Shown here one piece after another: positions 50,526-64,000 of a DNA stretch of 64,000 nucleotides; the first letter of the stretch is position 1, and every line of letters starts with the position of its first letter. Source of the DNA: Octopus sinensis. Taxonomy: Eukaryota. The DNA lies in assembly GCF_006345805.1 (NCBI RefSeq), contig NC_042998.1:159526001-159590000 (forward strand), written 5' to 3'. The notes beneath the pieces are model-generated. The model was not told where the DNA came from. It worked only from the letters and a program-made list of their open reading frames with translations, and made no database searches. The translations under genes were made by a program, and so were the position numbers.

Positions 50526-53199
50526 GCCAGATTATAGTGCTAATAGTATAAAATGTAATAGTTTTCAATCTTGTTTAACACCAGATCAAGCTCAGCTTTG
50601 ACCAAGCAAACTCATCAAAAGTATTCCAGCTCCCTTCCCAACCACATGGTGCTGGGTTCTATCTCACTGCATTGCACTTGGGCAAGGATCTTCTACTGTA
50701 GCCTCAGGCTAACCAAGGCCTTGTGAGTGGATTTGATAGACAGAAACTGAAAGAATTCTGTTGTATATATACATGTGTGTGTGTGTGTGTATGTGTCTTT
50801 GTGTTTGTGTTTGTCCCCTACCACCACTTGACAAAAGGTGTTGGTGTGTTTACATTCCCATAACTTAGCAGGTCATCAAAAGAGACCGATAGAATGAGTA
50901 CCAGGCTTTAAAAAATCCTGGGGTCGATTTATTCAACTAAAACTCTTCAAGGCAATGCCCCAACGTGGCCACTGTCAAATGACTGCAACAGATAAAAATT
51001 TTAAAAGATAAAAGGTATTGTATTTAGTTTTATATTTTCCAATATATTCTCTGTTCTTGGAAATAGTAGAATATGATCTGAGAGAGATTTGGCTGCTATT
51101 TCTAAAAGGTACAAAAAGGACAAAGAAGCTCTCTTGTTAACTTGATGGCTGTTGTCATCATTGTTGTTTGGCCCCAGGTCAACCCTACTGGGCATATTTA
51201 TGATCAAATACATTCCAATTGTGACCACAATAAACGTTCAGACAAGCATTCATGTAAAGGATCTTCCCTATGGTTATAGTGGTTATCATAATTGTTTTTC
51301 GGCCTCAGTTTTATGATCAAAAACAGTCCACACCAGACTATCCCAGTGTTTAGGAGTGTATAAGACTACACTGTCTAATGTGTTCTTTCCATCTTTATTT
51401 TGGTAAGGTGTGTGATTTGAAGTAAATCTGTTAGCTATTTCTAGTAGGTTAAGTGTGACGTTTGACATAAATATGTCATCATCAGCATTGTCATCATTGG
51501 TTTTTGTCCATTACCCATGCTTGCAATGGTTGGACAGGTCACTGTGGTTGAAGTCAGCACATATTCAGGAATACTGCTCACCTAGATGGATCAGGGTGCC
51601 TCATTGTGTTCACATTTCATTTTTCGGCACTTGGACTCTATGGTTGGATGCTCTTCCTATCACCAACTACTTTATAGAATGTAGTGAGTGCATTTTTTTC
51701 ATGGCACCAGCATAAGAGAGGTGCTTGAAGGATCCTCCTAACTGCACACTATACAAAATGTGCTTATTTTTTTATTCTTTTATTTCAGTCATTTGACTGC
51801 GGCCATGCTGTAGCACCGCCTGTAGTCGATCAAATCGACCCCAGGACTTATTCTTTGTAAGCCTAGTACCTATTCTATCAGTCTCTTTTGCCGAACCACT
51901 AAGTGACGGGGACGTAAACACACAGGTTGTCAAGTAATGTTGGGGGGACAAACACAGACACACAAACATACACACTCACACACACACACATATGATGGGC
52001 TTCTTTCAGTTTCTGTCTACCAAATCCACTCAGAAGGCTTTGGTCGGCCCGAGGCTATAGCAGAAGACACTTGTAGAAGACAGTGGGACTGAATCCAGAA
52101 CCATGTGGTTAATAAGCAAGCTATTTACCACACAGCCACTCCTGTTGGGTACATTTTTTTTTATGACACCAACACTAAAGCTATATCCTCAAAATAACTA
52201 AAGGGACCTCACAAACCCCTGTCTCTTCTCACTCACCTGTCCCTTTACAGAGTGAGAAGCATGAGCAATAAATGCATGAAAGATGATGTTGAGAGGGATG
52301 TGTAAGAGAGTGGAGTGACAGGATACTCAATATTCTGGGAGAACTAATCAAAGCAACTGGATTAAGATAGGAGATGACAGAAGTCAAGGTAACCTAGGAG
52401 ATAAGGCCTAGGATGTGTGAGAGAAAAGAACCAAGAGGACATGGGGTAATGACAGGCAGTACAAAAGAATAAACAGGAAAAACGTGATCTAATGTAGCCA
52501 AGTATACATAAGGCTAAAGGTGAGCCAGAGAGGTTGAATGATGGTGTGTCTTGTAGTAGTGAAGAGCAGAAAGAACTATTGGATGAGGTGGTCAGAATTG
52601 ATGCAGTGACATCCTTTGTTATGTTGGGAGCAATGTAAGAGGAACTGAAGAGATTCACTGCCATCTTACGTCAAACTGGAAGTACAGTAGGTAGTGAGAA
52701 GAGAGAGTGATAGAATGATGAACATTAGGTGTAGGTGAAAGAATGCAATGTATAAAATGTTTGGTTAACAGAAAATGAACATTACAGCATGAGCAAGAGG
52801 GTGCAATGTGTGATGAGCAGAAGAGATATTCATAGCTAATCTTCATCACATCAGCAGTTTGGTACAGTGAAAATGAGAAGAGGAGGTAGTCACTGAGAAT
52901 TAAGCAATGGGGACATGAGCACAGAAAAGAAGATTAATAAGGGTATGAGCAAAGAGAAATGTGAGTGACAGTGTTATGGGTAATAGAGAGATGGATAACA
53001 CAAGGAACAAGAGGGAGTGGGGTGAGTGACAGGGGAGAAGGATGAATGCTGTATGTGTTAGAGAAATAAGAAGCTATCAAAGAAGTCAATGATGTAAACT
53101 TGATAGTGGGAGACATGCATACATACACATGTGTGTGTGTGTGTATGTTTGTGTGTATGTGTGTGAGAGTGTGTGCATGTGTGCATGTGCACAGGTACA

Positions 53200-53395
53200 T
53201 GCATAAGTCTATGCAGTCTGTTGCCATCACCTCTGTGAAGTGTAACAACTTCAGATCCATCTTCGCCACTTCATCCCAAGTCTTCCATGATCTCCCTCTT
53301 CCACATGTTCCATCAAATGTGAATGCATGGCACACCTTTATACAGCTCTCCTCCTGCATATATACCAACTTTTCTCATGCACACTACATCTGATT
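53200..53395 (-). pseudogene. RTE-clade LINE extreme 3' coding fragment
   Basis: ESCIKVCHAFTFDGTCGRGRSWKTWDEVAKMDLK matches the RTE C-terminal G.R.RGRP.KTW motif. Confidence 0.75.
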
Positions 53396-53968
53396 CCTTT
53401 TGGGGTTAGGTTTTTTTTTTTTTGGTATCTCAGTTCATTTCTGCTTTCTGATTCCTACACACATGTATTAAACATCCAGAAGAGCTACTTGCATTGCAGC
53501 ATAACAACTTCTAACAGAACTGATAGTTTTTTTTTTTTTTTTGTTTTTTGTCACCATGAGTAGAATCTGTTTAAACATGGCAGCATTCAATAAAAATTCC
53601 TAAAATGTTCCATAAAATTTGATTGGTTCAAAATAATTATATAAATATGTTATGACATGGCAATGAAAGGCATATTAACATGTTATGTCATGTCCCCAAA
53701 GTTATTTTACAGCCATTTTTCCATGCTGGAAACAGTGTTGAAGTTTCAGTGAATTTAAATATTTAGAAATAAATTACTGTCATTGCTGTCATCATTGTTG
53801 TTGGGTAACCTTGTCAGCATTCTGTCTTTACTCTGGCAATAAACATCATTGTCATTTAAGCACTCGCTTTTCCATGCTTGCATAGGTCAGATGGAATTCA
53901 AGATAGATTTTATATGGCTGACCACATATATGCATACACACATACACACACATGCACACACACACATA

Positions 53969-54181
53969 AGGGGTGCTGAAAAGTTCCTGGCTTTGGATAA
54001 AGGAAAATACAGGAAGATCAGTTAATTATGATTTTATTCAATATATTCCTCTCTCAGATTCACACACTTATTGCAGCAGTCCTTCAGTTTTCCTACACCC
54101 TGTAAAAGAACTTGGAAGGTTGAGCTTGCAACCAAACCTATCATGGTATCCTTAAAGCCAGGAATTTTTCAGTACCCCCTT
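53969..54181. mobile_element. Mariner-derived MITE (~210 bp)
   Basis: TIRs AGGGGTGCTGAAAAGTTCCTGGCTTT / AAAGCCAGGAATTTTTCAGTACCCCCT, TA at the left end, no coding capacity. Confidence 0.8.
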
Positions 54182-54319
54182 GTATATATATGTATCCCTT
54201 CCATACTTCCGCACTAACACACACACCCCCACACTAACACACACACACGTTCACACATACACACACACATACTAACACACACACATACTAACACACACAC
54301 TAACACACACACTAACACA

Positions 54320-54350
<31 letters not shown>

Positions 54351-57300
54351 TCACACACTTACACACACACAAACACACGTGCACAAGCTGCACAATGGAA
54401 CATAAAACTATGTGATCGCAAAGCCAGTTTTTTACCATACAGCCATGCCTATTGCCCTATGGCAATAATATTTCAAAATCTAACACATGTGATCTTCATC
54501 AGATGATAGGGTATTTGTTGAGGAAAATTTCGTAGCAAAATTAAACTAATCAGAGGATTACTTTAAATTGACCTGTGTTGTTGGATATCCAGTTCACTAT
54601 TTAATAAACAGGATATTTAATTTAATTCTGAATGATATTTTATTTATTATAAAACTATATATATATTGGAAATGCTCAAGCTCTTACCAATTACCAGAAA
54701 GAGATGCTGGTAATTACCATATAAAAATGTCTTCATTCATTATGTTCTGAATGACAAACAATTTTATCTGCATAAATGTAATTTCTCCAACTGTTTACGC
54801 AAAATTATAAAATCTTCTCCTTGTGACATCTCTGCTCTTCTAAAACAATTGAAACTATCAATTAAACAGACCTAATGTACCCATCTTTCTTTTATGTACT
54901 ATTTAGAATATTTTCCTCTACTGAAACTTATATAAGGCATTTGGATCAAATCATTCTTTCAAAGAACAATATCATTCTGGAAATAGCTTGGATTGAAAGA
55001 ATCACTAGAGCATCAGAAAATTGCTTTACAGTATTTATCCAGCTCTTTCCATTCTAAGTTCAAATCCTGCCAAGGTCAACGGTACCTTTCATCTTTTCAA
55101 GGTCAATAGAATAAGCTATTAGGTTTGAAGGTATTGACCAGCCCCTATCCCTCAAAACTGGTGACCTTTTGCCAAAACTAAAAATAATGCTACTATTTTA
55201 TAATAACCATTGCAATTTGTGGGTACCATCGTTGGTTACAGGTTTTCAATTAACAACTCACTGGTTCACTGCATTACCAATAGTGAGAAGGACAAGACAA
55301 ATAAACACACACACGTGAGCGCACGCACGCACATAAAATGTTTCCTTACAATTTCTAACATTTTGGTATGGCTGTGTGGTAAGAAGCTTGCTTCCCAACC
55401 ATATGGTTCTGGGTTCAGTCTCACTGCATGGTACTCAGGGAAAGTGTCTTCTACTATAGTCTCAGGCTGACTAAAGCCTTGTGAGTGGATGTGGTAGATT
55501 GAAACTGAGAAAAGCCCATCGTATATATGTATGTATATATGTGTGTGTGTGTGTGTTTGTCCCCCTCCCCATTACCACTTGACAATCGATGTTAATGTAT
55601 TTACATCCCCATAACCTAGCAGTTTGGCAATAGAACCAATAGAATATGTACTAGGCTTACAAAGAATAAGTCCTGGGGTCGATTTTTTCAACTTAAAAAC
55701 CCTTCAAGGCAGTGCTCCAGCATGGTTGCGGTCAAATGACTGAAACAAGTAAAATAATAAAATAATAAAAGAATATTGGTCAGCTTGAGACTATAATAGA
55801 AGACACTTGCCCTAGATTCCACACAGTTGGATCAAATTCAGAGCTACATTGTCATAAAGCAAACATTTTAACCACACAACCATGTCTGCATCTTTCTTAC
55901 CATATTTCTCTACCTTTCATCAAATTTTCACAATTGAACATTAACTGCACTAACCTTTATTCTATTTCATCTTAACTTTATCCCCCTCAACTAAGAAAGT
56001 ACATTGTGCAACAACTCCTCTTCCTTAAAATGAATAATAATAAAAAACATTATTTTTGCTAGCAGCAGAATCTATAACCCAAGTGTTGATGATATATGAT
56101 ATCTTATCGGCTTGAAGTTGTTGCAAGAAAATAAAAAATATTTAACTTTACTTGCAGTATAACTAAATTTTCATTATCTTTGAAAATATATTTTCTATTT
56201 TTCTTTTAACAGTGTTTTGAAACATTAGACTTAGTTTCTTGGGAAATTCATTTTCTTGTTGAGATTTAGAAAGAAAAAAATAACTGAAAAATATCAAAAA
56301 CTTTGTTAATATAAGTGACGTTAGAGGCAACAGATTTGATTTTGGTACAGATTGTTCATATCAATCCAATTATTACTTACGTATTTTTCTTATTTATTTA
56401 CTTATTTATTTACTTTGTATTCTAATGGTTTACAGCAGGGGGTTTTTGTTGTTTTTTTTGTTTTTTTTTGCTATTATGAGCTGAATATTTTTTCTCTTTT
56501 ATTTTTTTTTTTTAATCTGCATGGATTGAAACATGTGTTTTACAGTCAGTTGCCTTTGATAAGAACGAGCCATTGAACCATGAAACTAGACTGAGATTAA
56601 CATAGAAACATACCTTTCTCTATTGGCACAATAGCACAATAAAATGTCAAATGCATAGTTTATAAATGTTTGATAAAATCTTCATTTTTTCATGCTGTTT
56701 GTATTATTATTGATTTTTCTTTGTTTTCTGCTAAAATTTAATAAACAAAGCAACATAAGACGAATGTATTTATTGGGATTTGAAATAATTAATTCTTACA
56801 GAAGCTTAAGGCTATGGACAAACAGAATTAAATATCATGCAGTCTGAAGACAAGATTTGAAATAATGAAAGCATAACATCTTCAGGTGTAGAGTGATTTC
56901 ATTGGAAGAACAGCTGGAAATACTTGCATTTAATTATTAATAAATTGATTATTAAAAATGTATTACCACAAATAATAAGAATTTCTCATATCAGCATAGG
57001 CCTAAATTGTAGGAGTGTGGAATATTGCCAGTTTAGTGAATCGGGTATAATACTACAACTGATTCTATTTTCTTCTATTGTGTACCCCAGAAGGATGAAA
57101 GATAAAGTGAACTCTATGGAATTTGTTTGTTAGATGAAGATAAATACTATTTTGTTATTTAATGCTCTTCAGTGTCTATCACTCCATCGCCCTTCCATTC
57201 CAATAACATCCCTTATTATAATGCAGCAAATGTATGTACATATGTGTATGTATGTATATGTGTGTGTGTATGTGCATGTATGTATGTGTGTGTGTACGTA

Positions 57301-57599
57301 TGTATGTAAGTATGTATGTGTGTATGAACACACACAGCAGCTAATCCACCATGCAATTTATGTTGTAGAGAATTTTCTCTGCCAATTTGGACTCACAAGG
57401 TACATCAAAGTACACAGTCAAGCAGTTGTAAAGAATAAACACCTGATTGCAGTGCATAAGACACAGATAACAAACAGTTCTTAGTTTCATCCATCCACAT
57501 TAATCCTTGTACTCAGATTAAGTAAATTGACAATACACACACATGCATATACATACCTACATGTGTGTGTGTCGGTCTGTCTGTCTGCGTATATGTGTG

Positions 57600-58640
57600 G
57601 TACATCATTAGACCCTTTTCAAGTAAAAGATGGGACAAAGCAGGGGTGCATTTACTTTTGCTATTTACTTTCCTCTGATACTAGAGTATGCCTTCAAGGA
57701 CTACAATAACATTGTTTTGTTTAAATTTAGAATGTGGGTAGGTTCTTCCGTCACCAAAGAGTTAAGGGAAAGACCCTTACTAAAACAAAAGTGCTTTTAA
57801 ACATTTTGTTTGCAGATGATGTGGTTCTAGTAGCTAATTCTTTCCAGGAAGCACAAATCTTATATGTCAGTTTCCCTCTATTGTAGCTAAAGCCTAACCA
57901 TAATTGTAGAAAAGACAGAAGTCATATACAAACCAAAACTAATACTTATCCAAAGAAGAGGCATAACACTACCAAGGCCCCAATACAGTGCACCACCATG
58001 TAAAATTCTGGAAGACAACAAACCTCTAAAGTATGTGAAGTCCTTCCAATACTTTGGTAGTAAAATAAATTCTGGTACTTCATGAGATGAAATAATAAAT
58101 AGGAAAACTAAGGCTAGTGATGCCTTTGGAAAGCTATAAGCAAGAGTATGGAATTAGAAAGGAATGAGTTTGAAAACCAAAATCCCAGCTTATCGTGCAG
58201 TTATCACCTCAACATTGCTTTATAGGTCTAAATCATGGACACCATATACAAAAAATATCAGATAGATACCTTCCACAAGAGTTGTCTTAGAAATAACTGT
58301 GGTTTCACATGGAAGGATAAAGTTTTCAATGAACAGTTGTCTCATAAATGTGATATACAAAGCATAGAGGCCTTCTTGCTGCAGATTAATTAAGATAGGC
58401 CGGCTGTGTTGCAGAAGTTCTCACTTATAGCCAACCTTACACAGAATGTGAAATGAAGGAAGACTTCTTCTAAGACACAAAGATAAGCTGAAGAGTAATA
58501 TCAAACATATTGGAATAAAAGCATCAGAATTTGAGGAATGTACTGCTGACAATAATAGTTGGAGGGAAGTTTGTAAAAACAGTATCAGGAGTCATGACAA
58601 CACAGGAATGGAGCACCTTGGTGATCAAAGGGAAGGACAA
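57600..58640 (+). pseudogene. RTE-clade LINE RT 3' remnant
   Basis: DPFQVKDGTKQGC, NILFADDVVLVANSFQEAQ, VKSFQYFGS, KASDAFGKL and YRAVITSTLLYRSKSWT in broken frames. Confidence 0.85.
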
Positions 58641-61600
58641 ACGAATACAGTTTCCTTTCAACATTTTTTGTGTGAAGGATGCAGTTCAAGTTGGAAAAAC
58701 TAAGCAATTCTAGTGACACTCAGAAGACACAAACACAATAATGTAGAGTAAAAGTAGGAAGTAAAATTCTTGGGCCCTTACATATTGAATGTGGCAAGAT
58801 GATGACGATGATATATATATATATATATATATATATATTACAGACAAGAAAGTAAATTTTGAATGCAGTAAAGCTGGAAGAACAGCAGAGAAAGATTGGG
58901 TATTTACCCTTATAAGATGAAAAAAAGTTGCCACTAGGCAGCTATGGGAGTCAAGACTGTACCCCTCGGAGACCAGCTGAGTGCTCTATCATTAAGTTAA
59001 ACAGCCCCTAACAACAATTACTGTCAATTTTAATGCTAAATTATAGCTTTTTGAATGAGACAACATTTTATAAACAAACTTTGGAAGCTTTGAATGTATT
59101 TGGTAAGCAGCCCTTTGTGGATTACTCCACAACTATTTTGTAAACTTTGGACATTTTTTGTTTTTTTTGTTTAGCATTCCACCTTGACTTTCGTCAATTA
59201 AAATAACGTCTCCCAAGACACTTGCCTGAATCAATCTTGAGGTGTGTTAAGCATCTTGTTGATGAAGGAATTCTCTTGCATGGAAGCTGTATTGTCGTGA
59301 AGAATTATCTTGGAGAACTTTCATTTTAAATACAAATAAGAGAAATCATTACAAGGGAAACCAACCATGATGAGGAATGTACAAAAGATATTTTGGTTAT
59401 ATGTTACCTAAATAAGGTAACTAAATGATGCTGCTGAAAACTAAAATGAAAAGTCTATTATGTATTAACTTATTTATTTCAGTCATTATATAAATCCTCA
59501 TTTATGTTGGCTTCATTTTCATTGATATTTCACTTATGTCTCTAAAGTGAAAGATTGTCTTCATTTTTAAATTTATCGTTTTATATTTTTAATTGTTTCT
59601 GTTAATATTTTCCAACATATTAGGAATTAGTTGTTCATTTTTTTAAAAATAGTTTAAATCATTTCTGTCATTAATTTTTTTTTTGATGTATTACGATTTG
59701 TTGTCATTTTAATTTTTTATGTTGTTGTTTAAAATGAAATATAAATTTGGCTGATGCCATTGTTTACCAAACCATTTCTACTTTCTCACAAAAAAATTTC
59801 ACTGATGACAGTGATTTAGTACCTGTCACCGTTGCCAGTGCTATTCTGTAACTTCAGCTTTCAGTCTTGCTGATCTCTTTAAGCTCTTCTATAACTACTA
59901 GTATTCATACACTTCTGTTGAATAGTAGTTGTATTTTAGCACAGATATCTACAGGTTACAAATAGGGGGATATAAAAAAAAATGGAAAGAATGTTGAAAC
60001 AAGAAAATAAACTTGAGAGGTGTCATTAACAACAGCACATCTTAATTGCAACCCAAAATACCCTTTTTTCTCATGAAATTTTCAGAAGTCATTTTAATTA
60101 ACAAAAGTGAAAGTAGAGCAGTAAGCTCAAATATTCTTACATGATTGTTTGACGTTTAAAGAGAGATTCATGAAATACATGATTCCTTTACAATTATTTT
60201 TCTAACTTTTTAAAGCTATTTTCTCTAACTTGTTTAAGGCCTTCTCCATTTCCAATGTCCATGAAAATGAAACATAATTTTAAAGAAAAGTAATTTTATG
60301 GAAACAAAATCTTTAATCTATAATTCTTGATATGCTATTAATTGCTTGAACTCTTTTCTGTTGACATTTGATTAACTTTTGCAGCAGATCTACTTCTCTG
60401 CTCCATACATAGGAGTAACTCAGGTATGCACAGGTATATGTCCTGCCACGTGGCTCAAATCTTTTTTCCTTTATTTTCCCCTCAAGCTGTGATTTTCCAT
60501 TTACCATGTCTCAATGGTGACCATGTTCACCATTTATTGCATCCACTTTTATCTCCATCTGTCACTCTTCTTTCTCCCTTTCCAGCTGGGGTAGCCAAGT
60601 ATCTCCTCTACACCGTGGCATCTGTTCCTGTCTCTCTAACATACTTCAAATTTTTGATACCTGGTAGAAAGCCACCTCCCAACTGAGGGCCTTCTCATAC
60701 AAGTTACTTGGTGACCTCTCTAGTAGCAATGCAGCCAGCACATTTTGTAAGGTGTTTGACATTAGCAAGGGTATCCATGCTAACACAGACACTAGAACTA
60801 AGTGTAGTATGCAGTTCTCCGGCTTGTTAGATCCTGTTGAATTCTCCAGCCCATGCCAGCAAAGAACACAGGAGTTAATGATGATGATGATGATGATGAT
60901 GGTGTGTGTGTGTGTGTGTGTACGTACGTATGTATGTATGTATGTATGTATGTATGTATGTATGTATGTATGTATGTATGTATGTATGTATTATGTATGT
61001 ATGTATGTAATTACCCTAAACTATCTGTATTAAAAACAGGAGCCACTGACTGATCCCATATATAGTCACTCAGTTTCTAAAAAAAGTGTCCAAACTTTTG
61101 GTTAAAAAGCTGATGTAAAAGTCTAATAAGGAAATTTGTTTTGCTGAAATGTAGAATGTTGTATGAAACTAGACTAATGCTAAATTTGTATAAAACTACC
61201 TTCCAGTATATCTATAAGTTGCAGTATGAAATGTGAGGGAATAAAAATGGTTTGATTCAGATCCTATATGTTGCCAAAGCAAAGTAGTCTAAGAAATATA
61301 TTGGAACCATAGAATTTTAGAAATTCATTTGTTTTTATCATCAAAGAAGTGGATTAATTCATTAAAATATTTACACAAAGAGGTTAACGTAGGTCAGGAA
61401 CAAAACAGAAAAAAAGAATAATAGTGAAATTTGTTATGTCAACATATAACGAATGTGTATACAAGAATAATGAAATATAAATATTAAATTGTCAGCGAAT
61501 AAAGAAAGAATAAATTAAGTTAAAATGTAAGAGATAAAGACCACTGAACAACAAATTTCTCTGTATTAGTATAAATATGATCTACTTAAAATGACTAGCA

Positions 61601-64000
61601 GAAACACAGCTCTATCAGCTGTCTCTGGCAGGACAGTAGTTATACTGGAGATAATAAAAAAAAAAGGTAAAACCCCACTTTAGTCATGAATGACCATGGG
61701 ATTACACCAAGGCACAAGTCCAGGCAAGATTGTTTTATGGAAGACCAGCAGTCACCCATGCATACCAGCCTCACCTCCGCATGTCACCGATGTTATCCAA
61801 GGGAAAAGCAAAGACTGATACAGCTTGGCACCAGTGACATCACAAACTCGTTTCTACAGCTGAGGGAACTGAAGCAATTTGAAATAAAGTGTCTTGCTCA
61901 AGAACACAATGCACAGCCTGGTCAGGGAATCAAACTCACAACCTCATGATTGTGAGTCCAATACTCTAACCACTGAGCCATGCACCTTCACATCTGGAGA
62001 TAATAATTGTTTTGCATATTGTCATATAAGTATGTTGGAAAGGAGCATTATTGAGTAATTCAACTCCAGTATTTGGCAAGTAATTACTTTAGGGGCTCTG
62101 TTCCTAAAGGGTTGAGATGCAAAGTAGGAACTGGCAAGATTTGGAAGTCAGAGTGGAAAAGGATGAAAGTAAATAATTCAAGGTATTTTAATAATAACCA
62201 TTGCTGTTAACATGAATGGTAACACAACACCGTCATTGCAGTCATAATGGTGGGTGGTAGTGGTGGTAGTGGTGGTGGTGGTGACTTTTGGTGGCAGCAG
62301 CAGCAGCAACAGCAGCAATGACAGCAGCGAAAGCCACAGTAGTGCTGATGATGGTGTTGATAGTGGCAGCTATGGTGGTGGTGGTGAGGGTGGTTGACAT
62401 TCTGCTGCTGCTGCTGCTGATGATGATGATGATGACGACAACGATGATGATGATGAGTTATTGTAAATAAACAATGTAAAGTAAACTATTCCAGTTTTAT
62501 ATCATCACTACCTTGATAGCTATGACAATAATGACAGAATGAGCATTAAGCAATCCCGTCTTCATTTTGTGCAGGTTTGTAGTTTATATAAGCATCATCC
62601 AACATTAATTTTTGATTTACCCAGTAATACAGCAGTGATTTATTGTCACTAATTGCACTCAATTGCAGGTCAACTCGATGACTTTAAAAGCTGATAATGT
62701 ATCTCATATCAAAAGTCCTTAAAAGTTTAAATTTCATTCATAGTGTGGTGGTTATTGTGCAAACTAAAATAAATGAGATGTAGTTTAGTTAACTGGTCTT
62801 CTTCACAGTGGATGTTAAATGTATTTTAACAGTTCTCACTCAGGAGTTTTAATTATTTTTTTTTGTTTAATCTTTTCATAACATTTCTAATCAAATACAC
62901 TACCTATAGTGCCCGTAGTGGACAATTAATACAATGGAGATAATTATTTTTTAATGATATTTGGTGAGATTAGAAATTGGAATTTGAAATTTAAGGTTAC
63001 AAGGAAAAAGATGCATAGAATACACATTCTTTTACTTATTCCAATTATCTGATTGCGGCCATGCTGGAGCACCACCTTAAAGGGTTTTAGTCAAAGAAAT
63101 CAACATCAGGATTTATTCTTTGTAAGCCTAGTACTTTTTCTATTGGTCACTTTTACCAAACCACTAAGTTACAGGGGATGTAAACACACCAACACCAGTT
63201 CTCAAGTGATGGTAGGAGTACAAACACAGATAGAAGATATATATATGATGAGCTTCTTTCAGTTTCCATCTACCAAATCCACTCACAAGGCTTTGATCAG
63301 TCTGAGGCTATAGTAGAAGACACTAGCCCAAGGTGTATGCAGTGGGACTGAACTTGGAACCATGTGATTGGGAAGCAAGCGTCTTACCATGTGGCCATGC
63401 CTAAACCTACACATTTATCTTTCTATTGTCTCCACTTTTCATTTGGTTTTTCTTCAATTAATCCTATCACCCACTCTCTCTGGTTCTTTCTTCTTTTACT
63501 CTCTCCTTTATGTCCCTCTTGGGCGTACTGTTTTTATTTAACCCTTTTGTTACCAACCCAGCTGAAACCGGCTCTGGCTCTGTATACAAATGTCTTGTTT
63601 TTATAAGTTTTGAATTAAAATCTTCCACCAAACCTTAGTCACAATTTATGTTCCTAACAGTAGCTGAATGATAACTAAGTTATTTTACTAAATTCTTTGT
63701 TATATTTAAAGTAATTGAAAGAAACACAGAGCATCTCAAAATAAATATAGTAACGAAAGGGTTAATCCCCATACCAACAACCCTCATGTAGCTGTTTATC
63801 ACTCTTTCTTTCATTGCCCTCAAGGATGTGATACTATCTTTTGTGCTGATGAATGAATCAATTCAGATACACTAGCATATAAAAAGAACCTTTTAGTCAT
63901 GTTGGGAAGACAACCACATTAGTGCAAGTGCCATGATAAAATGTATCCAGCACACTCTGTAAAGTGGTTGGTGATAACAGGGGCATCCAACCATAGCAAC

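Overview
This is AT-rich animal genomic DNA, saturated with microsatellites and SINEs. The repeat families point to an octopod cephalopod (Octopus-like), which is an inference. No host gene can be named with confidence, and almost all ORFs in the supplied track are microsatellite or minisatellite artefacts. The window is mostly transposable elements: one young, nearly intact Penelope-like element (PLE; RT + GIY-YIG, one 1-nt frameshift, ~476-bp inverted terminal repeats, 14957-18911), further PLE remnants, Tc1 and mariner remnants (one mariner nested in an IR-DR Tc1, one carrying a 28 x 19-bp minisatellite), and hAT, Ty3/Gypsy, RTE-LINE and probable Helitron remnants. The main unexplained signal is about ten minimal type-I hammerhead-ribozyme (HHR) motifs. 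They include a well-formed copy at 47142-47186 and a U3-A8 compensatory core variant at 31711-31753 inside a 362-bp retrozyme-sized direct-repeat unit. Several lie in the arms, loop or axis of long DNA foldbacks. All folds were read by eye; no folding software or database search was run.
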